Virus record (IMG/VR): IMGVR_UViG_3300032225_000823
Span: 1-56,796 of that record
Strand: one strand, 5' to 3'
DNA length: 56,796 bases
From: a virus
Lineage: Duplodnaviria > Caudoviricetes
The position numbers and the translations under genes were made by a program. Shown in pieces: positions 1 through 9,439 of this stretch. Positions within the stretch are counted from its first letter, which is position 1. Every line of letters begins with the position of its first letter. The notes beneath the pieces are model-generated. The model saw only the letters and a program-made list of their open reading frames with translations. It had not been told where the DNA came from and did no database searches.

Positions 1-148
1 CACCAGTAGCACTACCGTCACGAATCTCAAACGTAGCGGCAGTAGACGCTTTAGGGTTTACAACAATGCCCCGTAGTCTGGTACGGTCCCCGTAGTAGGA
101 ACCGGCGGCGCTTAGGTGCTTCGACTTAACATCAGTTTGCATCGTCAT
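1..148 (-). CDS. Virion-module hypothetical protein, truncated by window edge
   Basis: ATG at 148, open frame MTMQTDVKSKHLSAAGSYYGDRTRLRGIVV to the edge; follows the 161-526 gene. Confidence 0.7.
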   Translation of the reverse strand, partial: MTMQTDVKSKHLSAAGSYYGDRTRLRGIVVNPKASTAATFEIRDGSATG

Positions 149-160
149 GACGCGCCCCTA

Positions 161-526
161 TTAAGCAGCAGTGGTAACGTTAGTCCAAGTCGTCGAACCG
201 TTCGTGTTCACATACAGGCGAGTGCTGGTCGAAGAGCCGTCAGTGCGGATATACAGCGAGCCTTGAGCAGCCGACACGGTCGGTGCGCCCGAACCCACAT
301 AGATGCCCAGACCAGCGGTAGTAGTTGCAAGGAATGCAGCGGTGCCGCCAGCAACAACAGCTTGAGTCGAATCGGCGGTAATGTTGCCGGTAGCAGTCAG
401 GGTGGTGACGGAAGTTGCAGCGCCGATGGTCGCGGTGGTGGTGACTGCGCCGGTGGTCGAGTCAACCGAAATAGTTTGGAAGCCGTTCTGCGAGCGAACT
501 GGTCCCGAAAAGGTGGTATTAGACAT
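161..526 (-). CDS. Thr/Ser-rich putative virion protein
   Basis: 121-aa ORF (MSNTTFSGPVRSQNGF...), RBS GGAG upstream, downstream of the capsid gene. Confidence 0.75.
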   Translation of the reverse strand: MSNTTFSGPVRSQNGFQTISVDSTTGAVTTTATIGAATSVTTLTATGNITADSTQAVVAGGTAAFLATTTAGLGIYVGSGAPTVSAAQGSLYIRTDGSSTSTRLYVNTNGSTTWTNVTTAA

Positions 527-539
527 TTAAATCTCCGTG

Positions 540-605
540 TTGTAGCACTAAGCCAAACCATCTCTACAAAGTCTGCTAGGTCAGTTGGTTTGGCTAATCT
601 CCTAG
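540..605 (-). ncRNA. Candidate pseudoknotted 5' leader RNA
   Basis: Three crossing complementary pairs: 551-560/586-595 (10 bp), 576-580/601-605, 540-545/564-569; lies between a promoter and an RBS. Confidence 0.55.
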
Positions 606-613
606 GTAATTGC

Positions 614-642
614 TTTATACCACCTGTTAAAAAAACATACAA
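614..642 (-). promoter_or_regulatory. Sigma70-like promoter
   Basis: Minus strand TTGTAT-N17-TATAAA with TGn before the -10. Confidence 0.55.
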
Positions 643-645
643 CAT

Positions 646-667
646 AAAAAAGGGGGCCGAAGCCCCC
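646..667 (-). terminator. Rho-independent terminator
   Basis: Minus strand GGGGGC-TTCG-GCCCCC-TTTTTT. Confidence 0.8.
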
Positions 668-671
668 AGTA

Positions 672-824
672 TCACTTCTTCCAGAACGACGCAATCTTGA
701 TATTATCTTCAATCGACTTTTCAGTCTTAATCCAAGCTTCAATCATCTGGTCGTGGGCCTTGTGGGCCATTTCACGATACGACTTCGACAGCGAAGTAAA
801 TACGGCGACAAAATCAAAATTCAT
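672..824 (-). CDS. 50-aa small protein missing from the ORF track (moron-like unit)
   Basis: AGGAG RBS; MNFDFVAVFTSLSKSYREMAHKAHDQMIEAWIKTEKSIEDNIKIASFWKK; flanked by two identical terminators. Confidence 0.7.
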   Translation of the reverse strand: MNFDFVAVFTSLSKSYREMAHKAHDQMIEAWIKTEKSIEDNIKIASFWKK

Positions 825-887
825 AGGTTTCTCCTAAAGGTTAAATGCTGCAGTGCAATAATACACCGTTCGGGAAATTACGCAAAT

Positions 888-908
888 AAAAAGGGGGCCG
901 AAGCCCCC
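888..908 (-). terminator. Rho-independent terminator after the capsid gene
   Basis: Same GGGGGCTTCGGCCCCCTTTTT hairpin as at 646-667. Confidence 0.8.
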
Positions 909-934
909 CTCATTCCCGTTCGGGAAATTACTAC

Positions 935-1843
935 TTAAGCACCCGGCGAACCGTACATGCCGAGCGGGTCCGACCAACCGAACGAATAACGCTCACGGGC
1001 CTTGTAACGGACGTTGCCGGTATCAAAGTCGCCGTCCATCGAGGTAGCCAGCGGGGTACGTTCAAAATGCTTCATACCATTCGGCACATCGGTGGTGAGG
1101 AACCAAGCGTTGCTATCGGTCAGGAAGTGGTTAATTGCGTAACCTTCCGGAATCGAACCGTTGTTCTTCAGTGCGTTGATGTCGTTATCGGCAGTCGAAA
1201 CGCGCAGTTCGGTTTCGAGCAGACGGGTTGCAACGAACATCAGAGCAGGCGGAACAATCAGCTTGCGCGGCTTGGCGGCAATCAGCAGACCACGTTCATC
1301 AGTCCACGCAGCGATTTGAATCACGGCGTTTTCCAACGAGGTTTCGTTCAGGTCAGCGGCGGTTGCCGGGGTGTTGCTGTTGGTACCACCAGAAATCAAC
1401 GGGTGAGCGGTCGAGAACAGCGAGACGCCGTCGCCACCAACATAACCCGAGTTGAAGCCGTTGTTCAGAACGTTAGCGGCCTTGACTTGCTTGGTGTAAG
1501 CCATACCACGGGCCAGAGCCTTGGTGTAACGAGCCGACAGCGAGTCGTAGAGGTTGTCCTCAACAGCTTCTTCAGTCAGCGAGAAACCCAAAGCGATGGT
1601 TTCGTGGTTGTAGCGGGCAGTCCAAGCTTCTTGCGCGTTGTCGTAACGAATTGCACTACCTTCGTTCTTGACCGGTGCTGCGCTGAAGCCCGACAGCTTG
1701 GTTTCTTCTTCAAAGCTACGTTCCGAAGATTCGGTTTCGTAGATTTCCTTATGCTCCTCGCCATAACGGGCGTACTCCAGACCGAACAAAGCGTTCAGAC
1801 CCGGAAGGAGTTCTTTCAGTAGCTGGGCACGAGAAATTGCCAT
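935..1843 (-). CDS. Major capsid protein
   Basis: 302 aa, MAISRAQLLKELLPGLNALFGLEY...RERYSFGWSDP, typical of Mu gpT-like HK97-fold capsids; strong RBS; followed by a terminator. Confidence 0.85.
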   Translation of the reverse strand: MAISRAQLLKELLPGLNALFGLEYARYGEEHKEIYETESSERSFEEETKLSGFSAAPVKNEGSAIRYDNAQEAWTARYNHETIALGFSLTEEAVEDNLYDSLSARYTKALARGMAYTKQVKAANVLNNGFNSGYVGGDGVSLFSTAHPLISGGTNSNTPATAADLNETSLENAVIQIAAWTDERGLLIAAKPRKLIVPPALMFVATRLLETELRVSTADNDINALKNNGSIPEGYAINHFLTDSNAWFLTTDVPNGMKHFERTPLATSMDGDFDTGNVRYKARERYSFGWSDPLGMYGSPGA

Positions 1844-1854
1844 GATTTATCTCC

Positions 1855-2736
1855 TTAGACGCCAGTGGTGTTGAAGTAGCTATGGAAGCTGCCGTTCCAA
1901 GCAACCAGAACTTCGGGGTAGCCAACAAACGTCAGAGCCGAACTAGAAGCCAGAGTAACTGCGGCGTCCAGAGTCAGCGTGGTGGATGCCACGTTAATGA
2001 CGGTTGCGTATTGGCCAGCTTGAGTGCCGGTGCCGGTCGGGCAAATCAACTGCATACCCGGGGTCAGGCCAGTAACAGCGGCGGTCAGGGTCACAGTAGC
2101 CGACGAACCCGAAGTGCTACCGGTACCGGTCAGGGTATAAGCGGTGTCAGTAACAACACCAACCATGCGCCACGGCAGAGCCGAGGTCACGCGGTCACCA
2201 GCACCCGAAGTACCCGAGGTAACCACAGCGCCCGAAACCGATTGGGCCGAGTTGCCAGTGGTCGTGCTACCAGTAACGCCGCCAGCGCCGCCAACCATGT
2301 ACAGGTTAGAGCCGATGTAGTACGGGTTCAGGTAACCAACAGTGGTGCTAGCGTTAGCCAGCGAGGTGCCTTGAGTCGTAACCACGGCCTTCATCAGGGC
2401 GCGCGGGTCATCAACAACAATAGCTTCGATGTCATTAGCAGCGGTGCTTGCGGGATAGTACTGAGCAAACAGCTTTTGACCGGTGGACGGGCTGGTGTAC
2501 GAACAGCCCAAGAAAACACCAATCGTGCCAGCAACAGCAGTGCCCGGCGACGAAGCGGCGGACATCGACGAACGAACAACGGTGCCAGCCGAAATTTGAA
2601 CTACGTCACCATAGAAAATGTTTTGGTTGTAGTTGTACTCAATCGGTAGCTTGCGGGTAGCGCCAGCATACGGCAACCCATCAAGACGATTGACTGGCTT
2701 AAACCCATACGGGGCAGAAACAGTCGGATATGCCAT
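1855..2736 (-). CDS. Putative head decoration/cement protein
   Basis: 293 aa, G/T/S-rich, APYGFKPV N-terminus, immediately upstream of the capsid gene. Confidence 0.6.
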   Translation of the reverse strand: MAYPTVSAPYGFKPVNRLDGLPYAGATRKLPIEYNYNQNIFYGDVVQISAGTVVRSSMSAASSPGTAVAGTIGVFLGCSYTSPSTGQKLFAQYYPASTAANDIEAIVVDDPRALMKAVVTTQGTSLANASTTVGYLNPYYIGSNLYMVGGAGGVTGSTTTGNSAQSVSGAVVTSGTSGAGDRVTSALPWRMVGVVTDTAYTLTGTGSTSGSSATVTLTAAVTGLTPGMQLICPTGTGTQAGQYATVINVASTTLTLDAAVTLASSSALTFVGYPEVLVAWNGSFHSYFNTTGV

Positions 2737-2755
2737 GATTATGGTCCTTTAAAGA

Positions 2756-3205
2756 TTATTTACCTTTTCCAAACGTGGTAGTGGACTTACGTTCTTTGAA
2801 TAAAGGCATGCGAGCATCACTTTCCTTCATCAAACTATTATCCACTGCGTCAGTCTGGGCTTGTGCTTGTGCTGAGTAATACGCATTTCGTTGATTAACA
2901 AACTCTTGCGGTGTCTTACAAAGCAGCAGACCGCCAATTTCAATCGAATCAGAGAAACGACTATTGGGGTCCACATAAAACTGCATTTCGGGGTGGTCCG
3001 CCAGTTTGACCGGCTCCCATCCTTCACGCACTTTAGAAGAAACATTACGTGCGTCCGATTGACCTACCATGCTTGTACGAATCCAACGATACGACCAACC
3101 TGCCTGCGGCTTAACTTCCGGCAGCAGTTCAGGTGGCTTCCACGCTTCAGGGCGCTTAAAAGTTTCGGTAGATTCAAGTTCACGTGCGAGTCGATTTTCA
3201 GCCAT
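2756..3205 (-). CDS. Head-module hypothetical protein
   Basis: 149 aa (YRWIR...REGWEPV...GGLLLCK) between scaffold and decoration genes. Confidence 0.7.
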   Translation of the reverse strand: MAENRLARELESTETFKRPEAWKPPELLPEVKPQAGWSYRWIRTSMVGQSDARNVSSKVREGWEPVKLADHPEMQFYVDPNSRFSDSIEIGGLLLCKTPQEFVNQRNAYYSAQAQAQTDAVDNSLMKESDARMPLFKERKSTTTFGKGK

Positions 3206-4169
3206 TTCTGTTCTCCTTAATCAGTTCACGAGCATATTGCTCCGGGGTAATACCAAGCTTTTTAGCAAGATTTACTTGCGTCTTGGTCAGCACTACTTTT
3301 CTAGGCGCGGTGCTACGCGTTGCCGGGGCAACAACTTGTGCCTGTTTTGCGCGAGGATTGGCACTGCCATCCTGCGAATCTCCCCATTTATATTCGGGGA
3401 ATCTCTTGCGCATCGTATTATCAATACGACGGTAGTAGTCGTCAGACCTAGGGTCCACGCCACCTTTAACCAGCTTCTCATGCAGCCCCAAAGCCAAGCT
3501 GGTCATTTCCTCGTCCGTTCCAAACCAAGTATTACGCTCTTGCCACGTAACTGCTTTATAGTCCGGTTGGGGAACTTGGGGCCGTTGTGCTTGTGTATTT
3601 ACAGTATTATTTGATTCTTGTAAAGGGGTTTCTCTAGCCGTATATTGCGGGCGATAGTTATTTACTTCTTGCAAGAACATTTGTGCCTTAGTAAGGCGTT
3701 CTTGAGATTCAATAACTTTTTCAGTATCTCCAGAATCGTAAGCGTCTTTATATGCACGTTTAGCAATTTCAAGCTCTCGTGTAGCAGCTTCTCTATATGT
3801 GCCAATTAATTGCCCTTCGCCCTGTTCAAGCGAAGCTTTTAGGCGTCTATTTTCTTCATAGACAGATTGAGCAATACGAATAGCTTCCTCGCGCTCACGC
3901 GCTGCCGACTCTTTTGCACGGCGTTCGTCATGCCAGACCTTCTTCATCTGCGACATGCGAGTACGGACGCGGTCTGAATATTCATTCAGTTCGTCTTTTT
4001 CAAGCTCTTCTACAATTTCATTCGGTAACGGGTCGCGGCCTTGGTCTTGCTCCGGCGTATCGTCCTCAATCTCAATATCTTCTTCACGAGTCTTTGTCGT
4101 GACTTTTACTTCTGTTTCATCAGGAAACTCAAACTCCACCATTTCCATATTGTTTTCTTGTTCAGCCAT
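3198..4169 (-). CDS. Putative scaffolding protein
   Basis: 323 aa; acidic N-terminus, coiled coil, C-terminal AKKLGITPEQYA helix motif; between portal and capsid. Confidence 0.65.
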   Translation of the reverse strand: MAEQENNMEMVEFEFPDETEVKVTTKTREEDIEIEDDTPEQDQGRDPLPNEIVEELEKDELNEYSDRVRTRMSQMKKVWHDERRAKESAAREREEAIRIAQSVYEENRRLKASLEQGEGQLIGTYREAATRELEIAKRAYKDAYDSGDTEKVIESQERLTKAQMFLQEVNNYRPQYTARETPLQESNNTVNTQAQRPQVPQPDYKAVTWQERNTWFGTDEEMTSLALGLHEKLVKGGVDPRSDDYYRRIDNTMRKRFPEYKWGDSQDGSANPRAKQAQVVAPATRSTAPRKVVLTKTQVNLAKKLGITPEQYARELIKENRNG

Positions 4170-4179
4170 GATTTACTCC

Positions 4180-4545
4180 TTATGCGCGGCTATAGCCACG
4201 GGGGTCATCAACAATTGCTTCAACCGAATCGTCATTAATAATTCGGAATTCACGCCCATGAATCTTGATGCGGGTGCCTGCATATGCACGGACAAGAACA
4301 AAATCACCTTCAGCACACCACGGACCCGTGGGGAATCGTTGGTCGTCCTTGTAGCACATGTCGCCCATCTTCACGACAAACAGCACAACCGTAGCAAGTG
4401 ATTCAAGCTCCTTGGTTTTGTCTGCCTTAATAATCAAGCCTTCTTCATCAAGCGTGTCGCCCAAATCAGGTACTGCACAAAGAATGCGGTATCCAGTAGG
4501 TTCGGGGAGTTGCGTTGCGGTTTCCTGCGTGACTTCTTCAGTCAT
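4180..4545 (-). CDS. groES: GroES/Cpn10-like co-chaperonin
   Basis: PTGYRIL...VVKMG...GDFV...YAGTRIKIHGREFRIINDDSVEAIV follows the Cpn10 pattern. Confidence 0.8.
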   Translation of the reverse strand: MTEEVTQETATQLPEPTGYRILCAVPDLGDTLDEEGLIIKADKTKELESLATVVLFVVKMGDMCYKDDQRFPTGPWCAEGDFVLVRAYAGTRIKIHGREFRIINDDSVEAIVDDPRGYSRA

Positions 4546-4729
4546 CGTCTTGCTCCAATTGAGTTGCGAGGTCAGAGATAATTACTTGTGCCGCCAGCAG
4601 ACCCCGTGCCTGACCACACAAAAACTGATATTGCGCGAAGTCCTGTAAGTTGCCATTAACCAAACAGTCCGCGATATTGTTGCGCTCTTCTCCGATTTTC
4701 TTAATCAGATATTCAAGCGTGTCGTTCAT
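4538..4729 (-). CDS. Hypothetical protein
   Basis: 63-aa ORF translationally coupled between portal and GroES. Confidence 0.7.
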   Translation of the reverse strand: MNDTLEYLIKKIGEERNNIADCLVNGNLQDFAQYQFLCGQARGLLAAQVIISDLATQLEQDDD

Positions 4730-7290
4730 TATTCTTCCTTAGGTTTTTTGGGTTGATTTGTTTGTTGCATGCGTTGTTGGTGAGACATCTGTTCTCTTGC
4801 TTTTGCAGCGTCAAGGCCCATGCGGACACCCTCGGTATGCTGCTGCATCTCCATTTTTTGCTTGGCTTCAGATGCCTTCATGCTTATCTTTGTGCCTTCC
4901 AGCTTGTGCTGTGCATCCAGCTTCTGAGCTTCTGATGCGGCCTTAGCAACAATCTGTGCTTCTGCAATCTTTTCCTGCGACTGCATACGGGCCGTTTCAA
5001 GCTGTAGCTTGGCCTTCTCAATCTCGATTTCAGCTTGGCTTTTCTGTGCCTTAATCTGCAGGTCTTGCTGTTTGAGTTGAAGCTCTTGCATCTGCATCTG
5101 GATAAGCGGGTCTTGCTGTTGTTGCTGTGCTTGTTCTTGCTGCTGTTGCGATTGGTTCTGCTGAAGCAGTTGTTGTGCCGCTTGAGCAATCATCTTCGAG
5201 AGTTCTACTTCTACTTGTTCCGGCAGTTGTTCATCCGGGGGCGGCAGGGATACACCAAGCTGCTGTTCGATTTGTGCGCGGTAAGCAAAAGCTAAGTGTT
5301 CCGCGATGTGTGCTTGCATGGCAGCACTAATCTGTTGCGCCGCCGGTGACTGACCAACCATCTGCATAATCTTGGGGTCTTGGATAGCTGCCGTGTGCGT
5401 TTGAATATGTGCTTGATGGTCTTGGTAAATAAATGCCTTGACCGGCTTACTATTAAGAATGGCCATATTTTCAGACACAGGGTCTTTCGGCTTCTGGTCA
5501 TCCGCAGTGGGAATAAGCTTGCCGATATTCTTTACACCCATAACCTCCAGCATCTGCTTATTAAGCTCAGGTAGGTCATAAATCTGCGGGCTGGCTGCGG
5601 CCATCTGCATAACTGCTTGCATTTGCACCACTTTTTGGGCCATTGTTGCCGAATTTGGGTCTGAAACAGGGATAACTTCGACCATGTCAAAGTCTTCTTT
5701 ACGGGCCTGCCGGTCACCGATTTCGGGGTCATAATCGTATTCAGTAGGGGCATAATCTCGAATAATCGCCGCAAGAAGCTTAAATTCCTTCTTCATTGAG
5801 TAGTGAATACGCGCTTGCACTGCCGACATAATCTTTAAGCTACGTTCCAGAATAGCTAGCGTAGTACCAACCGGTGAATTAGCCGACATATCTGATGCTT
5901 GCAAATCAGCCGCAGAAGCGAAGCGACGGCCTTCATCTACAATCTGATTCATCAGCGCCATAAGAACTTGGCTGGGTTCTTTGTATGGCAGGGGTAGGAT
6001 GTTGTCTCGAATAGTGCCGCTGGGTACGTCCACATCACGCCATTCAGCCGGAGCAATCGGGGTATCGTCGCCCTTAACCCGCAGACCACGTGACTTAAAC
6101 CCGCCCGGCAGGTTAGACAGAGTGCCCGCATCCACCAACTGACGTAACAGCATCGTGCCAGACTTGGCGAACGCCCCAATCAGGTGAATCAAACCAAGGT
6201 TGTAGAAGCCAAAGCCGGGGATGTATCCGTAATGGACAAAGTGTTGGCGCTTAATCTTGGCCTTATCTTCGGGGTTCCAGTTACGGCGAATAGCCAGAAT
6301 AGTCTCAGTAGACTTCTCAATAGTCACAACATATGGCAGGGCAATACCCGTCTCGTTACCATCCTTGTCTTTGTCCTCGTCGCCCGGAAGCTCCAAGTCA
6401 ACGTGCATCTCAAGAATCTTGAACCGGTCATCCGTCGAAGCACTGAAGCCCATCTGCTCAGCAATCTTCTTCTCAACCTCGTCCATAACAAGCACGGGGT
6501 CACCAAGGTCCACATCACGATAGAACCCAGCCACCTGTAGCTTGCGTAACTCATTTTTAGTTTTGCGCATTACATGAGTAATACGCGGGGCAGTTTCTAA
6601 ATCCGATGCGCCATACGGCACTACCATATCTTCTGCAGGTACGTACACAGCGGCTTGGCGGTCAAGATACGGGTCAAAATAAATTTTCTTGAAAGCGTTA
6701 CCAGCAAGGCCCAAACCCCACAAAAGACGCTCATGCTCAGGGCGATACTCAGGCATCTTTTCCGTCAGTTGGTAGTTCATGTCGTCTTGCACACGAACTG
6801 CTGCATCTTCTTTCTCGGGGGTGTCCTTGCCAATAATCTTGGTCTTAACCGGACCCGCTGCCGGGAACGTCTCCATGATGGTTTCAGACTGGAACTTAAC
6901 AAGTGCTTCAGCAAGCAGGGGATGGTACACAGCGCAAGAGCCGGGCCACGGCTCCGTACGGTCTTCAAGCTTCAGGCCCAACAACTCAAGGCCATCTACA
7001 TAGGTCTCAAGCCAGTCACGGCGTGACGCAACGTCAGTCTCAAAATCACCCAGCAAATCACCAGCTAATTCAGTAAGCTCACCCTCATCCATATCCTCGG
7101 CAAGGTTTGCGTTGAACTCATCGTTCGTTTCCTTATCCGGCTCAAGGACAACCTCCATCCCGCCATGCTTGATGCTAACGCTTTCCGGGTCTTCAATCTG
7201 AATCTCAAGCGGCTCCATGCCAGCGGGGCTACCATCTTGTAGCGCTCCAAGACCCATAGGTGCGGGGTTAAGTGCTTTCTGAATATCCAT
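4729..7290 (-). CDS. Portal protein (P22-like, long Gln-rich C-terminal coiled coil)
   Basis: 853 aa directly after TerL; C-terminal Q-rich barrel-like region. Confidence 0.8.
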   Translation of the reverse strand: MDIQKALNPAPMGLGALQDGSPAGMEPLEIQIEDPESVSIKHGGMEVVLEPDKETNDEFNANLAEDMDEGELTELAGDLLGDFETDVASRRDWLETYVDGLELLGLKLEDRTEPWPGSCAVYHPLLAEALVKFQSETIMETFPAAGPVKTKIIGKDTPEKEDAAVRVQDDMNYQLTEKMPEYRPEHERLLWGLGLAGNAFKKIYFDPYLDRQAAVYVPAEDMVVPYGASDLETAPRITHVMRKTKNELRKLQVAGFYRDVDLGDPVLVMDEVEKKIAEQMGFSASTDDRFKILEMHVDLELPGDEDKDKDGNETGIALPYVVTIEKSTETILAIRRNWNPEDKAKIKRQHFVHYGYIPGFGFYNLGLIHLIGAFAKSGTMLLRQLVDAGTLSNLPGGFKSRGLRVKGDDTPIAPAEWRDVDVPSGTIRDNILPLPYKEPSQVLMALMNQIVDEGRRFASAADLQASDMSANSPVGTTLAILERSLKIMSAVQARIHYSMKKEFKLLAAIIRDYAPTEYDYDPEIGDRQARKEDFDMVEVIPVSDPNSATMAQKVVQMQAVMQMAAASPQIYDLPELNKQMLEVMGVKNIGKLIPTADDQKPKDPVSENMAILNSKPVKAFIYQDHQAHIQTHTAAIQDPKIMQMVGQSPAAQQISAAMQAHIAEHLAFAYRAQIEQQLGVSLPPPDEQLPEQVEVELSKMIAQAAQQLLQQNQSQQQQEQAQQQQQDPLIQMQMQELQLKQQDLQIKAQKSQAEIEIEKAKLQLETARMQSQEKIAEAQIVAKAASEAQKLDAQHKLEGTKISMKASEAKQKMEMQQHTEGVRMGLDAAKAREQMSHQQRMQQTNQPKKPKEE

Positions 7291-7308
7291 TGTTTGGTCC
7301 TTTTGCGA

Positions 7309-8847
7309 TTACATCGCGTAAAATCGTTTTTCTCTAGAGCTTCTAAATCCCGGAGTCTCGTCTTCATAATCCGACCCCAAACGCAGGAAGCCGCCGCGAC
7401 GAAAACGAAGTAATGCTTGGGTCATACTATCTACTAAGTCATCATGCTCCCCGGCTGGGAAAGACGCGACTTCTTCTACTAATTCTTCAGCCCAATTTGT
7501 ACTTGGGACCCAAACACGTCCTGATGCAAATATATCAGCAACAGCATTAAGTCGCGCAATCTTATCATTGCCTTTACTTGGTGTAAATTCTTGTACAGGA
7601 ATGCCTGCCTGACGCAATTCAAAGATTAGGGGGGAGCCTGCAGCTTTTGCTTCAACAATTAAACTATCTGGTTCCCACTCATCAAACTCTTCTTTTGCAA
7701 CCATTTTCAGCTCGGGGAACTCCATACGTCTTTTAAACGCATTTAGCAGAATAATGTTTGCCTGTGGGCGCCCTGTATCGTCGTCTTTATAGAAAACACC
7801 CCATGTTGTGCATGCTGAATAGTCGGCACGCTCGCTTTTTAGGAACGCCGTATCCCAAGACTGGATAATAAATTCACACTGCGGAGGTGTTTCTCGCTCC
7901 CAAACCTGCCACCATTCGCGTTTAACGATAGCGCTAACTTCAGATGTGGGGTCTTGCTGGTACTGCGCCATCCATTTTGAGTGGGGCAGTTCAGATTTTA
8001 GGGCCTCAAGTTCGGTTTTGGACCAGAATTGTGGCCAAAGTGGGTTTCCAGACGGCAAAATAGCCGGAAATTCAATAACTTCCCATTCTTCGCCGCTTCT
8101 TTGCGCTGCAGCCTTCAAAACCTGCCCGGTTAGGTCTTTTTTAGACCATCTAGTCATAACAACTACGATAGAACCACCCGGTTGAAGCCGCTGCCGTGGG
8201 CCAGATGTGTACCACTCATAGGTTTTGTCATAGACTTCAGGGTTTACTTCGGCCAATGTGGCCTCTTGTTCGCTGTGCGGGTCGTCAATAATCAGTAGGT
8301 CAGCACCTTTACCAGTAACTGCACCGCCCACACCAATTGCAAAGTACTCTCCGCCTCCATTAGTAGCCCAGCGACCAGCGGCCTTTGAATCAGCTTGCAA
8401 CTCAACGCCCTCAAATATCTTTCGATACTCTTCTTTATCCACCAAGTTACGGACTTTACGACCAAAACCAACAGCCAACTCTGCCGTGTGTGAAGTCTGG
8501 ATAACCTTTTTCTGTGGGAAATTACCCAAAAACCAGGCGGGAAGCAGGTACGACGCAAATTCCGATTTCGTATGACGTGGGGGCATGTTGATGATAAGGC
8601 GTTTAATTTCTCCTTTTGCCACTCTCTCGAATGCTCTGGCCATTTTTGCATGATGCGCTCCGTGGATAAACGTAGGCCAAACCTTTTGCACGAAGTGCAG
8701 GAAGTTGTTCTTTGACAGCTCTTTATCTTTTACCTTCTCGTAGTGGTCTAACTTCTCAAGAAAGTCGCGCTTCTCTCCATCCGACATAACCGGAAGCAGC
8801 TTTAGAAACGCATTGATTTCCTCTTCAGTTAGGGTCTGAATCGTCAT
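7309..8847 (-). CDS. terL: Terminase large subunit
   Basis: INMPPRHTKS Walker A, LLIIDDP Walker B, VVVMTRW motif, nuclease QSWDTA and HDDLVDS. Confidence 0.95.
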   Translation of the reverse strand: MTIQTLTEEEINAFLKLLPVMSDGEKRDFLEKLDHYEKVKDKELSKNNFLHFVQKVWPTFIHGAHHAKMARAFERVAKGEIKRLIINMPPRHTKSEFASYLLPAWFLGNFPQKKVIQTSHTAELAVGFGRKVRNLVDKEEYRKIFEGVELQADSKAAGRWATNGGGEYFAIGVGGAVTGKGADLLIIDDPHSEQEATLAEVNPEVYDKTYEWYTSGPRQRLQPGGSIVVVMTRWSKKDLTGQVLKAAAQRSGEEWEVIEFPAILPSGNPLWPQFWSKTELEALKSELPHSKWMAQYQQDPTSEVSAIVKREWWQVWERETPPQCEFIIQSWDTAFLKSERADYSACTTWGVFYKDDDTGRPQANIILLNAFKRRMEFPELKMVAKEEFDEWEPDSLIVEAKAAGSPLIFELRQAGIPVQEFTPSKGNDKIARLNAVADIFASGRVWVPSTNWAEELVEEVASFPAGEHDDLVDSMTQALLRFRRGGFLRLGSDYEDETPGFRSSREKRFYAM

Positions 8848-9439
8848 TTGTATTTTCTTCTTCTTGGACTTGGTTCTTTAGTTCGTCCAGTTCAGTATCT
8901 TCTGGGGTAACGTCGATAATATTGCTGTGAATAAGTCGCTTGACACGCTCCTTAATTGCATGTTCCAGCTCTTCGCTAGTGCGGTGCGTAACTGTGATTT
9001 CCTGCTTCTCGGTAAACAAACCAACGTCACTAATCTTACCCAGCAGCTCCAAAGCCCGTAGCTCATCTTTAACGGTGCCGCATGAAGAGATTTCAATTAG
9101 CCGGTTAGTGATGTAATGCCGAAGCTGTACCGCGTCATCTACGATTTGCTTGTCGTACACATTCAACAGCGCCGACAGGCGCACAGCCACGCCCTGCTTA
9201 TAGACATCTCCGGGTTCTTGTTCTGGATGACCGGCAAATAAGTCTTGCGCCTCGGCGGCTTCCGCCATAGTCATATCTAAAGGCATTCCCAATTCACCCA
9301 AAAGGCGCGCCGTTGTGGCACTAACCTTGACCTTCTCTTGGGGGTCGCGCGGCTCTTTGTCCGTAGGGTTTGCAGGAATAGGGTGGTCGAAGTCAGGTTC
9401 GATTTTGTGGTGCGCAACGTCGGCGGCTTTCTCAATCAT
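8825..9439 (-). CDS. Putative terminase small subunit
   Basis: 204 aa overlapping the TerL start; LRALELLGK...GLFTEK helical motif. Confidence 0.6.
   Translation of the reverse strand: MIEKAADVAHHKIEPDFDHPIPANPTDKEPRDPQEKVKVSATTARLLGELGMPLDMTMAEAAEAQDLFAGHPEQEPGDVYKQGVAVRLSALLNVYDKQIVDDAVQLRHYITNRLIEISSCGTVKDELRALELLGKISDVGLFTEKQEITVTHRTSEELEHAIKERVKRLIHSNIIDVTPEDTELDELKNQVQEEENTNDDSDPN

Noticed and set aside
1067-2649. Long plus-strand ORFs antisense to the capsid and decoration genes
   Set aside because: Shadow ORFs expected from codon bias of the real genes; no recognisable motifs
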